Of a DNA stretch of 64,000 bases, positions 1 through 11,638 are shown one piece after another. The position numbers and the translations under genes are program-made. The notes under the pieces are model-generated. The model worked only from the letters and a program-made list of their open reading frames with translations, did not search any database and was not told where the DNA came from. The first letter of the stretch is position 1; each line of letters opens with the position of its first letter. This stretch comes from an uncultured Spartobacteria bacterium (GTDB taxonomy: Bacteria > Verrucomicrobiota > Verrucomicrobiia > Chthoniobacterales > JAATET01): assembly GCA_938011325.1 (NCBI GenBank), contig CALLUD010000010.1, positions 21,724 through 85,723 on the forward strand, read 5' to 3'.

Positions 1-2
1 TC

Positions 3-2468
3 GGCGCGACGCTCCTCGTGCCTCTCGCCGGCTTCGCGGTCTGGCTCTTCGCGACCCGGCAGGAAACCCGCGCGAATCTTCTTCGGGGCGCCGTCTGGTC
101 CATTGTGTTCGGGATTCCGCTCGCGATCATTCCGCTGCTTCCGCTGGTCCGGGAATTCGGTTTCATGACGATCTTCGAATTCCGGCCGTTCGAATCCTGG
201 CAGCACACCTACTCGGTGAAGTCCCTCACCTCCTGGATCGACAGCGGCTCGCTGTTTCGCAAGCTGCCTCCCATTTTCGCGATCGATCGCGGCGGCTACT
301 ATCTCGGCATCCCCGGGCTCGTCGCCGTGTTCTGGCTGGTCTTCCATCAATGGACGCAACGTCGCTGGACTGCCGAGCTTCGCAGCGCCCGCGCCTTCCT
401 CGCGCTCACCTTGCTCGTGTTCTGGCTCTCCTTTGGGCCGAGATCCGTGCTCAGCGGCCATTTTCAGCTGCTGGAACAATCCCTCAACTTTCCCGACTGG
501 GGGATCATTGCGCATTGGCTGATTCTCGGTGGAACGGGCGCGTTGCTCTACTGGCTCCTGCCCGTCCGGGTTCGCCATCCACTCGTGTTCCTCGCTCTCT
601 TCGGAATCTTCCTCCTCGTTCCCGGATTTCGCATCATCGAGAAATTCCCGCTCTTCGACAGCCTGCGCGCCCCGGATTCATTCTGGATTCTCAACGGCGC
701 CCTCTGCTGGTCCGTCGCCGCAGGCATCGCGGTGGCATGGGTGATTCGTTCGTTCCGCCATGTGGCGGCCCGCGTCGTGATCTCGCTCGCAGTGCTTGCC
801 GTGGCGATGTGGACGACCATTCCGTATTCGAAATACTTCTGGAAGGACGGCCTGCCGCAGGCGCTCTACGACGACTTCCACGCCGCGACCGATTTCCTGA
901 AATCCGCGCAACCAGCCGGCCGCCTGCTCTCCCTCTCCGGGCGTTACTTCGATCTCCAGCTGCCCGCGCTCACCGGCCATCCGCTGGTTTCCGAGGCCGC
1001 CCACCACAACTTCATGCTTCGCGACTTCGCCCGTCTCGAGACGGCTGCCCGCGCGTCGGCCTCCGACATGCTGGCGTTTCTGCAGCTCGCCGGCGTCTCG
1101 CACATCATCATCGACCGGCAGGATCACGACGTCCCTCAGCAGCAACAACTCTGGTTCCGCTCATTGCTTCCGGTCGCTTTCGAAAACGATTTCTTCACGA
1201 TCCTCCAGAACGAGAAGGCGCTGTATCCGGCCTTCCTCGCCTCCGTGGTGCGTCCTGCCCAGCCCGAGCTTCCCCAATACCTCGATGCCCTCCAGTTCGC
1301 CTCGAAAGGCATTCTTTCCCTGCCTCCGGGCGAAGGCGGCGAACAAGGTTCGCCCGCGCCCTTTCAGCGCATCACCCCAAACGGCCCCGCAACATCCGCC
1401 GTCGCGAGTTTCGCGGTCACCGGATCGAGTGGCTGGCTGACCCTTTCCGAAGCATGGCATCCCGACTGGACAGCCAGCATCGATGGCACTCCCGCGCGTG
1501 TGACTCGCGTCGCGGGCGCATTTCCCGGCGTCGCCATCCCAACAGGGGCCCGCGAAGTGACATTCCGCTTCCAGCCACCGGCATGGTATACGCTCTGCCT
1601 TGCCATTGGCGGCGGCTCCTGGGTTCTCTCGCTTGCCTGGCTTGCACTGGTTCCCGTCCTGCCGGCGCGCATTCGCGCGAAATGGAATGCCTCCAGAACG
1701 ATGCCGTCGTCATCAAATCCCGTGACGATTGATCGCGCCCCCATCGAGCGCCCGCTGGTTATCATCCCCACTTACAACGAACGCGAAACGATCACCGAGC
1801 TTCTCGACCGCGTCCTCACGCTGCCGTCGACGGAGATTCTGCTCGTGGACGACGCCTCCTCCGACGGCACCGCCCAGGTGGTCAAAAGCCATGCGGAATT
1901 CGGCCGCCGCATTCATCTCCTCGAGCGCCCTTCCAAACTCGGTCTCGGCTCCGCGTATCGCGACGGCTTCCGCTGGGCGTTCGACCACGGTCACGACGCC
2001 TGCATTGAAATCGACGCCGATCTCTCGCACGATCCTCAGGACATCGCAAAACTGCTTCAAGCCCTGCAGCACGGCGCGGACGCGGCCATCGGCAGTCGCT
2101 ACCTCAACGGCGTGCGCGTGATCAACTGGCCGCAACACCGGCTCGCGCTCAGCATTGGTGCCTCGCACTTCGTGCACCTGCTCACGGGGCTCCCGTTGAC
2201 CGACGCAACAAGTGGATTCAAGGCGATCCGGACCTCCGCACTCCGCGCTCTGGACTGGTCCGAACTCCACGCCGACGGCTACGGTTTCCAGGTCGAGCTT
2301 CACTGGCTGCTGTGGCAGTCCGGATTCCGGCTCGTCGAAATTCCGATCGTTTTCACCGAGCGACGTTCCGGTAAGACAAAAATGTCGCTCGGCATCGCCG
2401 TGGAGGCGGCACGGCGGGTTTGCGAACTCGCCCTGCATCCCAGGAAACCCGCGGAGGTTCACTCATGA
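3..2468 (+). CDS. 5'-partial fusion protein: YfhO-like GT-C polytopic membrane glycosyltransferase domain fused to a C-terminal DPM1/Ppm1-type GT2 polyprenol-phosphate hexosyl(mannosyl)transferase domain
   Basis: The frame is open to the window edge (no in-frame stop from nt 3), so the N-terminus is missing. The first ~270 visible aa are hydrophobic helices. The membrane domain ends with a YfhO-type tail (LSEAWHPDWTASIDGTPARVTRVAGAFPGVAIPTGAREVTFRFQPPAWY), then a last TM helix and a basic flank (RIRAKW). From ~nt 1750 the GT2 signatures appear: PLVIIPTYNERETI, LLVDDASSDGT, IEIDADLSHDP (the DAD motif of polyprenol-P-mannose synthases). There is no C-terminal TM. Confidence 0.75.
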   Translation, partial: GATLLVPLAGFAVWLFATRQETRANLLRGAVWSIVFGIPLAIIPLLPLVREFGFMTIFEFRPFESWQHTYSVKSLTSWIDSGSLFRKLPPIFAIDRGGYYLGIPGLVAVFWLVFHQWTQRRWTAELRSARAFLALTLLVFWLSFGPRSVLSGHFQLLEQSLNFPDWGIIAHWLILGGTGALLYWLLPVRVRHPLVFLALFGIFLLVPGFRIIEKFPLFDSLRAPDSFWILNGALCWSVAAGIAVAWVIRSFRHVAARVVISLAVLAVAMWTTIPYSKYFWKDGLPQALYDDFHAATDFLKSAQPAGRLLSLSGRYFDLQLPALTGHPLVSEAAHHNFMLRDFARLETAARASASDMLAFLQLAGVSHIIIDRQDHDVPQQQQLWFRSLLPVAFENDFFTILQNEKALYPAFLASVVRPAQPELPQYLDALQFASKGILSLPPGEGGEQGSPAPFQRITPNGPATSAVASFAVTGSSGWLTLSEAWHPDWTASIDGTPARVTRVAGAFPGVAIPTGAREVTFRFQPPAWYTLCLAIGGGSWVLSLAWLALVPVLPARIRAKWNASRTMPSSSNPVTIDRAPIERPLVIIPTYNERETITELLDRVLTLPSTEILLVDDASSDGTAQVVKSHAEFGRRIHLLERPSKLGLGSAYRDGFRWAFDHGHDACIEIDADLSHDPQDIAKLLQALQHGADAAIGSRYLNGVRVINWPQHRLALSIGASHFVHLLTGLPLTDATSGFKAIRTSALRALDWSELHADGYGFQVELHWLLWQSGFRLVEIPIVFTERRSGKTKMSLGIAVEAARRVCELALHPRKPAEVHS

Positions 2469-5344
2469 GATCGCGCATCTTCTCCCGGGCCGACTGGATC
2501 TGCGCGGGCGTCTCCGCCGTAATCTCATTCATCATTTACTGGTGGAGTGCCGCGCCAAGCGTCACGTTGCTCGATTCCGGCGAATTCATCGTCGCCGCCC
2601 AGCATTTCGGTGTGCCACACCCGACCGGCTATCCGCTCTGGACCATCCTCGCGTGGCTCTTCCAGCTTCTGCCGATCGGCAACGTCGCTCACGAACTCGC
2701 TTTGTTCAGCGGGGTGTGCGGCGCACTTGCCGTCGGGCTGGCCACCCTGCTCATCCGCAACACGGTCGTGTGGATGCGGCCGCCGAATGCGCCGCGCTTC
2801 GTTCCCGACATCGTCTCGATCGCTCTCGGTCTGGCCTTCGCCTTCAGCTTCTCGATGTGGTCCCAGGCCGTGATCGTGGAGGTTTACACGCTCCACGCAT
2901 TGCTCATCGGGCTTTACCTGCTCAGTCTTTACACGTGGTTGCGGCGACCGGAAAAGCTTTCGGGCCTCTTCTGGAGTTTCTTCACGCTGAGCCTCGCCTT
3001 CAGCAACCATCAGCTCTCCTTGGCGCTCGCGCTCCTTCCGCTGCTCGTGCTGCTCGTGCGTCGCGACTTGTTTTGGGACGTCATTCTCGGCTGCTCGGTG
3101 AGCGCGCTCATCGCGTATCTCACATTTGCCCTGCTTGCAAATGACGCGCTCGTCGTGAAGGCGTCGCTGCGCCTTACCTATCTCGTCGCAACACTGTTCG
3201 TTCTCGTCATTTTCTTCCGCCTTGGCAGTCGCGGCTGGCGCGCCCTTGCCGCAATGATCCGGCGTCGCCGGCTGCGGCGTCGCGCCCTGGGCATTGTGCT
3301 GGCTCGTGCGCGCATTCGCTGGAAGGTCATCGTGTTTTTGCCCGTCGTGCTGGCTCTGGGACTCCTTCCCTACGCCTACATGCCCGTCGCGTCCTCGACG
3401 AATCCGCCCATGAACTGGGGCTACACGCGCACGCCTGACGGCTTCTTCTTCTCGTTCAATCGTTCGCAATATCCCGGCAGCCTGTCCGATCAGAGCCTGC
3501 GCCTGCTCAGCAAGGTTGTCGGCACGGCGTCGCCTGATGCCAATGCCACGCAGCGTCGCGGCTCGGTCGACCAATTCCGTCAATGGATCGGCTTTTTCTG
3601 GCTGCAGCTCGCGCGGAGCTTCACGCCGTTCTCGATTTTGTTCGTCATCGCCGCATTTCTCGGAACTCTGCGAAAGCCGCTCGCCACCCGCGTGTGGATC
3701 TACGTCCTGTTCGCCGCATTCGGCCTTGCAGCCTTCCTCCAGCCCCTGCTCGACCGCGCGCGGACCGACCTTGCCGGGTGGTGGCTGCAGATGCCCTACC
3801 ACACCTACACGAATTTGATCTTCGCCCTTCTCGCGGGGATCGGTGCGGCCGTCGTGCTCGATTTCATCGCGCGCCACGCTCCGCGACTCCGGCAGGTCAT
3901 GTGGATGGTGCCGCTGCTTCCGCTGTGGCCGCTTTTCACGAACATGGACGAGGCCAGCCAGCGCGACCGCTGGTTCGGCTGGAAGTTTGGCTACGATATG
4001 CTCAAGGACCTGCCGAAAGGCAGCGTGATCTTCGGCGGGACGGATCCCGGACGCTTTGTCCCGACCTACATGATCCTCGGCGAAAGCACGCAGCCGCGTG
4101 CCAACCGCATCGATCCCAACTTCGATCGCCGCGACCTCTACATCCTCACGCAAAACGGCCTCGCCGACCGCTATTACCTCGCCTACATCCGCGACCACTA
4201 CGCGGAGGATCGCCCGCGACCGAAGAACGCCTTCGAAAACTGGCTCGGTCGCGGGAAAACGTATCCCGCCGAGCCACTCGTCCTGCCGACATTCAGCGAA
4301 TGGCAGCAGATTCGCCAGCAGGCGGCCGACGAGCTCAAGCAGCAACAGCAGTCCGAAACGATCGATCGTGGCGAAACGAGCCGCTACCTGCACTCCGCGG
4401 TGGCGAAGTGGATTTTCGAGAAAAACAAGGACCACCACACTTTCTACGTCGAAGAGAGTTTTCCAATGGCGTGGAGCTATCCCCATGCGATTCCCGATGG
4501 GCTCGTTTACCGCCTCAATCCCGAGCCGCTGGAAATGCTCCCGCCAAACGCGGTGAAGAAGGACCTCGAATTCTGGAAAGCCTACATCTCCGATCTTCTC
4601 GCGAACCCGCGATTCCTTCGGGACTACGATGCCCGCAAGAGCTTTTCCTCACTGCGCGTCACGGGCGGAAAGATCTACGACTTCCGCGGAATGAACGCCG
4701 AAGCCGAGATCGCCTATCGTCAGGCCCTCGCGCTCTTTCCAAGAAACTCCGACGCGCTGGAAGGACTCAGCCGTCTCCTGTGGGCACGCGGTGAATTCGA
4801 CGAACCGGTCGAGTTGATCGAGCAGGCGTTGAAAATCGATCCAAACAGCGAGACGCTCCGGCAGAGTCTCGAAGTGACCCGGCTGCGCCGCGACCTGCAG
4901 GCCGAGATCGTGGCTGCGAAGGCGGCATTCGAGAAGTCCCCGGATTCGATCCAACTTCTGGAAAAACTCGTCGCGCTGAATACCCAGGCAGGCGAACACA
5001 GGCAGGTGGATGCCCTGCTCGACGAGGCCGCCCCCGGGCTCGGATCAAATCCCGACTATCTGCGCCTGCGCGTCGAAGTGGCCGAGTTCCGCAACGACTG
5101 GGATGCTTCGCGGCGCTTTGCGAAGACGTGGTCGGAGGTCGACGCGGCCAATCCGGAACCCTACTACCGGCTTGCCCGCGCGGAATACGCAGCCGGCGCG
5201 AAGCAGCAGGCCGTCGCGCCGTTAAGAAAGTCCTTCGAACTTGGTGGCCCCAACTTCCGCGAACGGCTGTTTGTCGATCCCGTTTTCGAGAGCGCCAAAG
5301 CCGATGCGGAATTCGTGAAACTCCTCTCGGCGCCGGCGAACTAG
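2465..5344 (+). CDS. DUF2723 / TMEM260-like GT-C family membrane glycosyltransferase with C-terminal TPR-repeat domain
   Basis: The ATG at 2465 overlaps the upstream stop (ATGA). The N-terminal signature [41 protein letters not shown] is typical of DUF2723. Many TM helices follow. The last ~240 aa are TPR-like ([49 protein letters not shown]...). Confidence 0.8.
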   Translation: MRSRIFSRADWICAGVSAVISFIIYWWSAAPSVTLLDSGEFIVAAQHFGVPHPTGYPLWTILAWLFQLLPIGNVAHELALFSGVCGALAVGLATLLIRNTVVWMRPPNAPRFVPDIVSIALGLAFAFSFSMWSQAVIVEVYTLHALLIGLYLLSLYTWLRRPEKLSGLFWSFFTLSLAFSNHQLSLALALLPLLVLLVRRDLFWDVILGCSVSALIAYLTFALLANDALVVKASLRLTYLVATLFVLVIFFRLGSRGWRALAAMIRRRRLRRRALGIVLARARIRWKVIVFLPVVLALGLLPYAYMPVASSTNPPMNWGYTRTPDGFFFSFNRSQYPGSLSDQSLRLLSKVVGTASPDANATQRRGSVDQFRQWIGFFWLQLARSFTPFSILFVIAAFLGTLRKPLATRVWIYVLFAAFGLAAFLQPLLDRARTDLAGWWLQMPYHTYTNLIFALLAGIGAAVVLDFIARHAPRLRQVMWMVPLLPLWPLFTNMDEASQRDRWFGWKFGYDMLKDLPKGSVIFGGTDPGRFVPTYMILGESTQPRANRIDPNFDRRDLYILTQNGLADRYYLAYIRDHYAEDRPRPKNAFENWLGRGKTYPAEPLVLPTFSEWQQIRQQAADELKQQQQSETIDRGETSRYLHSAVAKWIFEKNKDHHTFYVEESFPMAWSYPHAIPDGLVYRLNPEPLEMLPPNAVKKDLEFWKAYISDLLANPRFLRDYDARKSFSSLRVTGGKIYDFRGMNAEAEIAYRQALALFPRNSDALEGLSRLLWARGEFDEPVELIEQALKIDPNSETLRQSLEVTRLRRDLQAEIVAAKAAFEKSPDSIQLLEKLVALNTQAGEHRQVDALLDEAAPGLGSNPDYLRLRVEVAEFRNDWDASRRFAKTWSEVDAANPEPYYRLARAEYAAGAKQQAVAPLRKSFELGGPNFRERLFVDPVFESAKADAEFVKLLSAPAN

Positions 5345-8190
5345 GCGAATTCCTCCATCGGCGGGCACGTGCAGAACACGTTGCGATCGCCGTGGACATT
5401 GTCGACGCGACCAACCGCCGGCCAGAACTTGTATTCCTTCAGCCACGGCGCCGGATAAGCGGCCTGCTCTCGCGAGTAACTGCGATCCCAGACGTCTGCA
5501 GTGACCTGACGCGCCGTGTGCGGCGCGCGCTTCAGCGGATTGTCCTTCCGGTCAAGGCGGCCCTGCTCGATGTCCACCAACTCTTGATGAATGCAGATCA
5601 TCGCATCGCAGAAGCGATCGAGTTCGGCCTTCGACTCGCTCTCCGTCGGCTCGATCATCAACGTTCCCGGCACCGGCCAGCTCATTGTCGGCGCGTGGAA
5701 TCCGAAATCCATCAGTCGCTTCGCGAAATCCTCGACATCGACTCCGGCACGCTCCTTCCATTCGCGCACATCAATGATGCACTCGTGCGCGACGCGACCT
5801 TTCGAGCCCTTGTAGAGCACGGGATAGTAGTCGCTGAGACGGCTCGCGATGTAATTCGCATTGAGGATGGCGACCTTCGTCGCCTCGGTGAGGCCGTCCG
5901 GCCCCATCATTGCGAGATACATCCACGAAATCACGACGATGCTCGCACTGCCCCACGGCGCCTGTGAAACCTCGCCGATCCCCCGGCCGCCACCCGTCTC
6001 GACGACGGAATGCCCGGGCAGAAAATCCGCAAGATGCTTCGCAACCGCGATCGGTCCGACGCCGGGGCCTCCGCCGCCGTGCGGAATGCAGAAGGTCTTG
6101 TGCAAATTGAGATGGCAGACGTCCGCACCGATATCTCCCGGCCGGCAGAGTCCCACCTGCGCGTTCATGTTCGCGCCATCCATGTAAACCTGCCCGCCGG
6201 CTTCGTGAACGAGATCGCAGATCTCACGAATGCTCTCTTCGAACACGCCGTGCGTGGATGGATAAGTCACCATGATTGCCGCGAGTTGCTCGCGATGCTT
6301 CTCGATCTTCGCACGCAAATCCTCGAGGGAGATGTTCCCGTGGTCGTCGCAGGCGACCGGCACCACGGACATTCCAGCCATGGCCGCACTTGCGGGATTT
6401 GTCCCATGCGCGGACGTCGGGATCAGACAGACCGTGCGCGAACCTTCGCCACGGGACAAATGCCACGCGCGAATGGTGAGCAGCCCTGCGTATTCGCCTT
6501 GCGAACCCGCATTCGGCTGCAACGACACCGCGGCAAATCCCGTGATCTCGGCAAGCCACGATTCGAGCTGGGCGAACATTCGCTGGTAACCCTCCGCCTG
6601 CTGCGTCGGCACAAACGGATGAAGGCCGCCGATCTTCTCCCAAGTCACGGGAATCATTTCCGCCGCGGCGTTGAGCTTCATCGTGCAGGAGCCGAGCGGG
6701 ATCATCGAAGTGGTCAGCGACAGGTCGCGCGACTCGAGCCGCTTCACGTAACGCATCAGCTCCGATTCCGTGTGGTAGCGGTTGAACACGGGATGCGTGA
6801 GAAAATCCGAGGTGCGGCGCAGGCTCTCGGGGATGGCCGTCGCGGATTCGTCCGCCACAACATCCGTCGGATTTCCTCCATTGAAAATCTCGCCGAACTT
6901 GGCGAGCGATCCCGTGGTCTCGTTGAGCGCAATGGTGATCGTGTGATCGTCCAGCGCGCGGAGATTCACCCGATAACTCTCCGCGAGGCGCAGAATTTCC
7001 ACCGCCCTCACCTGGCCGAGATTCACGCGAATCGTGTCGAAAAACGGTCCCTCGTCCACGCTCCATCCGAGCTGACGCAGCATCCCGGCGAGCGCCACGG
7101 CCTTGCCGTGCACGCGAGTCGCGATGGCACGCAATCCCCCGGGTCCGTGATAGACGGCATACATCGACGCGATCACCGCCAGCAGCACCTGCGCCGTGCA
7201 GATATTGCTCGTCGCCTTCTCACGACGAATGTGCTGTTCGCGAGTCTGGAGCGTGAGCCGCAGCGCGGGATGACCGTCGGCATCCTTCGAAACGCCGATC
7301 AAGCGTCCGGGCATCCGGCGTTTGTGAGCATCGCGAGTCGCGAGATATCCGGCGTGGGGGCCTCCGTAACCAAGAGGAACTCCGAAACGCTGCGAGGTGC
7401 CCACGACGATGTCCGCCCCGCATTCGCCCGGCGCCTGAATCAACGTGAGCGCCAGCAGATCCGCCGAAACAATCGCCATCGCGCCCGCGTCGTGCACCTT
7501 CTCGATGATTGGCGTCAGCGGATGAATCCGCCCGTCGGTGGCGGGGTATTGAATGAAAACGCCGAAGAAACTCCCCGGCTCCGCTGAAAATTCCGTAATC
7601 GGACCGCTCTCGATCTCGATTCCAAGCGGCTCTCCGCGCGTCTTCAGCAGCGCCAGCGTTTGAGGATGGCAATCGTCGGCAACAAAAAATCGCGTGCCCT
7701 TTGCCGTCGCGCGCGCCATGACCATGGCCTCGGCGGCGGCGGTGGATTCGTCGAGAAGCGATGCATTCGCGATCTCCATTGCCGTGAGATCGCAGATCAT
7801 CGTCTGGAAGTTCAGCAGCGCCTCCATGCGCCCCTGCGCAATCTCCGCCTGATACGGCGTGTAGGCCGTATACCATCCGGGATTCTCGAGAATGTTCCGT
7901 CGGATGACCGCCGGCATGTGGCAATTCGAATAGCCCATCCCGATGCACGACTCGAAAATCTGGTTCTCCCCGATGATCTCGGCGAGATCGGCCAGCGCCT
8001 GCTCCTCAGTCCTCGCGGGAGGCAGCGACAGCGGCTTTTGGAGCCGAATCTGCGCGGGCACCGTCTCGTCGATCAGCGCATCAAGCGACGGCGCACCGAC
8101 GCGGGCGAGCATTTCCTCAATCTCCGCGGGCTGGGGCCCGATGTGACGCCGCGAGAATCTTCCGAATGCGAAAGGTCCCTCCCCGCTCAT
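5341..8190 (-). CDS. gcvP: glycine dehydrogenase (decarboxylating), single-chain P protein of the glycine cleavage system
   Basis: 949 aa. Full-length similarity pattern to GcvP (FSRRHIGP..., [45 protein letters not shown]). The start overlaps the gcvH stop by 4 nt. Confidence 0.95.
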   Translation of the reverse strand: MSGEGPFAFGRFSRRHIGPQPAEIEEMLARVGAPSLDALIDETVPAQIRLQKPLSLPPARTEEQALADLAEIIGENQIFESCIGMGYSNCHMPAVIRRNILENPGWYTAYTPYQAEIAQGRMEALLNFQTMICDLTAMEIANASLLDESTAAAEAMVMARATAKGTRFFVADDCHPQTLALLKTRGEPLGIEIESGPITEFSAEPGSFFGVFIQYPATDGRIHPLTPIIEKVHDAGAMAIVSADLLALTLIQAPGECGADIVVGTSQRFGVPLGYGGPHAGYLATRDAHKRRMPGRLIGVSKDADGHPALRLTLQTREQHIRREKATSNICTAQVLLAVIASMYAVYHGPGGLRAIATRVHGKAVALAGMLRQLGWSVDEGPFFDTIRVNLGQVRAVEILRLAESYRVNLRALDDHTITIALNETTGSLAKFGEIFNGGNPTDVVADESATAIPESLRRTSDFLTHPVFNRYHTESELMRYVKRLESRDLSLTTSMIPLGSCTMKLNAAAEMIPVTWEKIGGLHPFVPTQQAEGYQRMFAQLESWLAEITGFAAVSLQPNAGSQGEYAGLLTIRAWHLSRGEGSRTVCLIPTSAHGTNPASAAMAGMSVVPVACDDHGNISLEDLRAKIEKHREQLAAIMVTYPSTHGVFEESIREICDLVHEAGGQVYMDGANMNAQVGLCRPGDIGADVCHLNLHKTFCIPHGGGGPGVGPIAVAKHLADFLPGHSVVETGGGRGIGEVSQAPWGSASIVVISWMYLAMMGPDGLTEATKVAILNANYIASRLSDYYPVLYKGSKGRVAHECIIDVREWKERAGVDVEDFAKRLMDFGFHAPTMSWPVPGTLMIEPTESESKAELDRFCDAMICIHQELVDIEQGRLDRKDNPLKRAPHTARQVTADVWDRSYSREQAAYPAPWLKEYKFWPAVGRVDNVHGDRNVFCTCPPMEEFA

Positions 8191-8567
8191 TGGGAGAGCT
8201 GCTCGCGATAGGCTTCGGCGGACAGCAGGGCATCGAGCTCGCCGGGATCGGACAGACGGATCTTGAAAAGCCAGCCGCCCTCGTAGGGCGCGGTGTTCAA
8301 CAATCCCGGCTCCCCTTCGAGCGCGCTGTTGACCTCCACGATCTCACCGGAAACGGGCGTATAAATGTCGCTCGCCGCTTTCACGGATTCCACGACGGCA
8401 ACCGCGTTTCGCGCGGCAAACTCCACTCCCACCTGCGGCAGCTCGACAAAAACAATGTCGCTCAGCTCGGCCTGCGCGTGGTCCGTGATGCCCACGGTTC
8501 CCACGCCATCTTCGACGCGGATCCACTCGTGAGTATCGGCATATTTGAGATCTTCGGGAACATTCAT
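8187..8567 (-). CDS. gcvH: glycine cleavage system H protein (lipoyl carrier)
   Basis: 126 aa from the ATG at 8567 ([19 protein letters not shown]...). The lipoyl-lysine motif context is [22 protein letters not shown]. The longer ORF in the track (to 8750) is an Arg-rich extension overlapping gcvT. Confidence 0.93.
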   Translation of the reverse strand: MNVPEDLKYADTHEWIRVEDGVGTVGITDHAQAELSDIVFVELPQVGVEFAARNAVAVVESVKAASDIYTPVSGEIVEVNSALEGEPGLLNTAPYEGGWLFKIRLSDPGELDALLSAEAYREQLSQ

Positions 8568-8571
8568 AAAA

Positions 8572-9645
8572 TCAGGCGCGCTTGAGGAATGGCTTTTTGA
8601 CGACCGTAGCGGGATAGCGCTTTCCGCGCACTTCAATTTCCACGGTTTGACCCACCTTTGCGTGCCCGGGCGGCAGATACCCCATGGCAATGCTGTGGCC
8701 GAGACTCGGCGAGGGCGCACCGCTCGTCGTTTCCGAGACCTGCTCGCCATTCACCCAGATGGGATAGTGCGGTCGGATCGGGGGCGATTTCTCCGTGATG
8801 GCAAGAGCCGCCAGTCGCGACGGGAGGCCATTCTCCTTTTGCGCCACCAGGACTCCCTTCCCCACGAAGTCCTCCTTTGACAGATCGACAAAAAATCCGA
8901 GTCCCGCCTCGAGCGGCGTGCGGTCCGGCGAAAGGTCCGATCCATTCAGCGGGTAGCACATCTCGAGTCGGAGGGTGTCTCGCGCGCCAAGGCCGCAGGG
9001 CCGCGCACCGGCATTGACGAAGGCGTCCCACACGGCACCGATTACGGCATTCGGCGCCACGACTTCGAATCCATCCTCGCCCGTGTAGCCGGTCGTAACG
9101 ACAAACACCTCTTCCCCCGCGAATTCCTTCGTGAGGATCCGATTCCGTGCCTCCGGAAGCGGTTCGTTGAAAACCTCGGCAAACAACGCGCGCGCCTTTG
9201 GCCCCTGCACCGCCACGGCTCCAAACGTGTCACTGCGGTCCTCGAACACGACGCCCTCTGCAAGATGCCCTCCGAGCCACGCTGCGTCCTCCTCGATCTT
9301 TGCCGCGTTGACCACCAGGAGATACGAGGTTTCCTCGATGCGATAAACGATCAGGTCGTCGATCACGCCGCCCTTTTCATTCAGCATGAGCGTGTATTGC
9401 GCCTCGCCGATACCGAGCGATGCGACGCGGTTGGTGAGCAGGCTGTCGAGCCACGCCGCAGCGCCCTCCCCGCGCACCAGAAACTCGCCCATGTGGGAAA
9501 TGTCAAAAATCCCGACGGCCTCACGCACCGCGCGATGCTCCTCGAGAATGCTGGAATACTGAACCGGCATTTCCCAGCCGGCGAAATCAATCACGCGTCC
9601 ACCGGCGGTGAGGTGGCGATCGTAAAGGGGCGTCCGTTTCGGCAT
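8572..9645 (-). CDS. gcvT: aminomethyltransferase, glycine cleavage system T protein
   Basis: 357 aa: [55 protein letters not shown], the typical GcvT N-terminus. The start codon lies 1 nt after the speA stop. Confidence 0.93.
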   Translation of the reverse strand: MPKRTPLYDRHLTAGGRVIDFAGWEMPVQYSSILEEHRAVREAVGIFDISHMGEFLVRGEGAAAWLDSLLTNRVASLGIGEAQYTLMLNEKGGVIDDLIVYRIEETSYLLVVNAAKIEEDAAWLGGHLAEGVVFEDRSDTFGAVAVQGPKARALFAEVFNEPLPEARNRILTKEFAGEEVFVVTTGYTGEDGFEVVAPNAVIGAVWDAFVNAGARPCGLGARDTLRLEMCYPLNGSDLSPDRTPLEAGLGFFVDLSKEDFVGKGVLVAQKENGLPSRLAALAITEKSPPIRPHYPIWVNGEQVSETTSGAPSPSLGHSIAMGYLPPGHAKVGQTVEIEVRGKRYPATVVKKPFLKRA

Positions 9646-9646
9646 G

Positions 9647-11557
9647 TTACTCGTCGAAGTTCAAATAGGTGTAGGCCGTGAGGGCGCGCTCATACTCGTC
9701 GAGCAATCGCATGCCTTCCTTCGGCTTGAGCTGGTCACTCTTGATCGCCGCATCCATCTGCGCCTTCACGCGGCGGGCGAGCTCGTTCGTGTCCCATTGC
9801 GTCAGCGACAGCACCTGAGCCACGGTGCTTCCCGGCAGCACCTCCTCGACGTAGTAACCGCTATCCTCATCCTCATCGAGGAAGATGTGCATCTCGTTTA
9901 CGCGACCAAAGAGATTGTGCAGGTCGCCCATGATGTCCTGATAGGCCCCGGTCAGGAAAAAACCGATGTAATAGGGCTCCTTGCCGTTCCAGCGATGCAG
10001 CGGCAACGTCTCCTTCACGTCGAGGAGGTCAATGAACTTGCTGACCTTGCCATCCGAGTCGCAGGTGATGTCGACCAGCGTCGCGTTGCGATCCGGCTCC
10101 TCGTCGAGCCGGTGAATGGGCATGACGGGAAACAATTGCCCGAGTGCCCAGTGGTCGAGCAGCGACTGGAAAACGGAGAAGTTGCAAAGAAACTGGTCGC
10201 TCAGCGCGACCTCCATTTCCTTCACCTCCTCCGGCACGTAACGCGCTCCGCGGAACATCTCAACAACGCGCGCGGCGATCTCCCAATAAATCGTATCGAC
10301 CTTTGCCTTTGCGGGAAGGTCCAGCAGACCCAGGTCGAACATTCCCTGCGCCCGTTCGCGAATCTCCTGCGCGTCGTGGAGGTTTTCGAGCCGGTTCTTG
10401 TTCTTCAGGTTGTTCCGGATCTCGATCAGCTCATGAACAAGCTTCGGGTCATCCTTCGAGGCCACGACCGGCTCGCGGGAACGGTTTTTCTCGATCGAGC
10501 CAAAGGTTTCGACAATCAGCACCGAATGGTGCGCAACAATCGCGCGTCCGCTCTCGCTCACGATGTTCGGATGCGGCACCTTCTCCGCATCGCAGATCTC
10601 GGCAATGCTGTAGACGATGTCGCGCGCGTATTCGTCGAGCGAGTAGTTCGTCGAACTGTCGAAGGTCGTCCGCGATCCGTCGTAATCGACTCCCAATCCC
10701 CCGCCGACATCGAGGTATCCCAGCGCATGCCCCATCTTGTAGAGCTTCGCGTAAAAGCGCGCGGCCTCCCGTGTCGCGCGCTTGATCGTTCCAATGTCGG
10801 GCACCTGCGAGCCCACGTGGAAATGCACGAGCTTCAGCGCGTCGGCGAGCCCGGCCTTCTTGAGCATCTCACTCGCCTCGACAAGCTCGGCGGTCGACAG
10901 CCCGAACTTCGCGTTCTCGCCGCCACTCGTCGCCCATTTCCCAGCGCCCTTCGAGAGCAGCCGCACACGGAGGCCGACCATCGGCGTGACATTCATCTTC
11001 TCCGCAATGCGAAGAATGTGCCCGAGCTCCTCGAGCTTCTCGACAACCAGAATGATCGTCTTCCCGAGCTTCCGGCCCAGCAGCGCCATGCGCACAAACT
11101 GCGAGTCCTTGTAGCCGTTGCAGATGATCAGGCTTTCGGAGTCGCGATGCATCGCCAGCGCGGCCATCAGTTCCGGTTTGCTGCCGGCCTCGATGCCAAA
11201 GTGGTCCGGACTCCCGGCATCCAGGATCTCCTCCACGACCTCGCGGAGCTGATTCACCTTGATCGGAAAAACGCCGCGGTAACACCCCTTGTAATCGTGC
11301 TCCCGAATCGCCTCGGCGAACGCGCGGTTGATCGTGCTCACCCGATGGCGCAACAGGTCCTGAAACCGCACCACCAGAGGAAAGGACAAACCCCGCGACT
11401 TCGCCTCCTCGACGACCTCCATGAGGTCGATCTCCTCCTTTTTCCGGGCGGTCGGACGCACGGCCACATGGCCATCCGAGTTGATCGTGAAATAGCCATT
11501 CCCCCAGCGATCGACGTTGTAAAGGGCAATGGCGTCAGCGGTGCCGAAGTCAGACAT
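9647..11557 (-). CDS. speA: biosynthetic arginine decarboxylase (PLP-dependent)
   Basis: 636 aa. YNVDRWGNGYFTINSDGHVAVRP and FPLVVRFQDLLRHRV are hallmark SpeA N-terminal motifs, and the length is right for full-length. Confidence 0.92.
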   Translation of the reverse strand: MSDFGTADAIALYNVDRWGNGYFTINSDGHVAVRPTARKKEEIDLMEVVEEAKSRGLSFPLVVRFQDLLRHRVSTINRAFAEAIREHDYKGCYRGVFPIKVNQLREVVEEILDAGSPDHFGIEAGSKPELMAALAMHRDSESLIICNGYKDSQFVRMALLGRKLGKTIILVVEKLEELGHILRIAEKMNVTPMVGLRVRLLSKGAGKWATSGGENAKFGLSTAELVEASEMLKKAGLADALKLVHFHVGSQVPDIGTIKRATREAARFYAKLYKMGHALGYLDVGGGLGVDYDGSRTTFDSSTNYSLDEYARDIVYSIAEICDAEKVPHPNIVSESGRAIVAHHSVLIVETFGSIEKNRSREPVVASKDDPKLVHELIEIRNNLKNKNRLENLHDAQEIRERAQGMFDLGLLDLPAKAKVDTIYWEIAARVVEMFRGARYVPEEVKEMEVALSDQFLCNFSVFQSLLDHWALGQLFPVMPIHRLDEEPDRNATLVDITCDSDGKVSKFIDLLDVKETLPLHRWNGKEPYYIGFFLTGAYQDIMGDLHNLFGRVNEMHIFLDEDEDSGYYVEEVLPGSTVAQVLSLTQWDTNELARRVKAQMDAAIKSDQLKPKEGMRLLDEYERALTAYTYLNFDE

Positions 11558-11638
11558 TACGGCGCTCAGTTAACCAACACCGGCTCCAAAATCCACTGCA
11601 CATTCAGAAAAAGTTTCCCCCGCGCAGGAGGCCGGGCG

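Noticed and set aside
9640-9655. I looked for a glycine riboswitch or promoter in front of gcvT.
   Set aside because: Only 1 nt separates the speA stop from the gcvT start, so no element can be accommodated. The 81-nt speA leader shows no riboswitch-like conserved cores.
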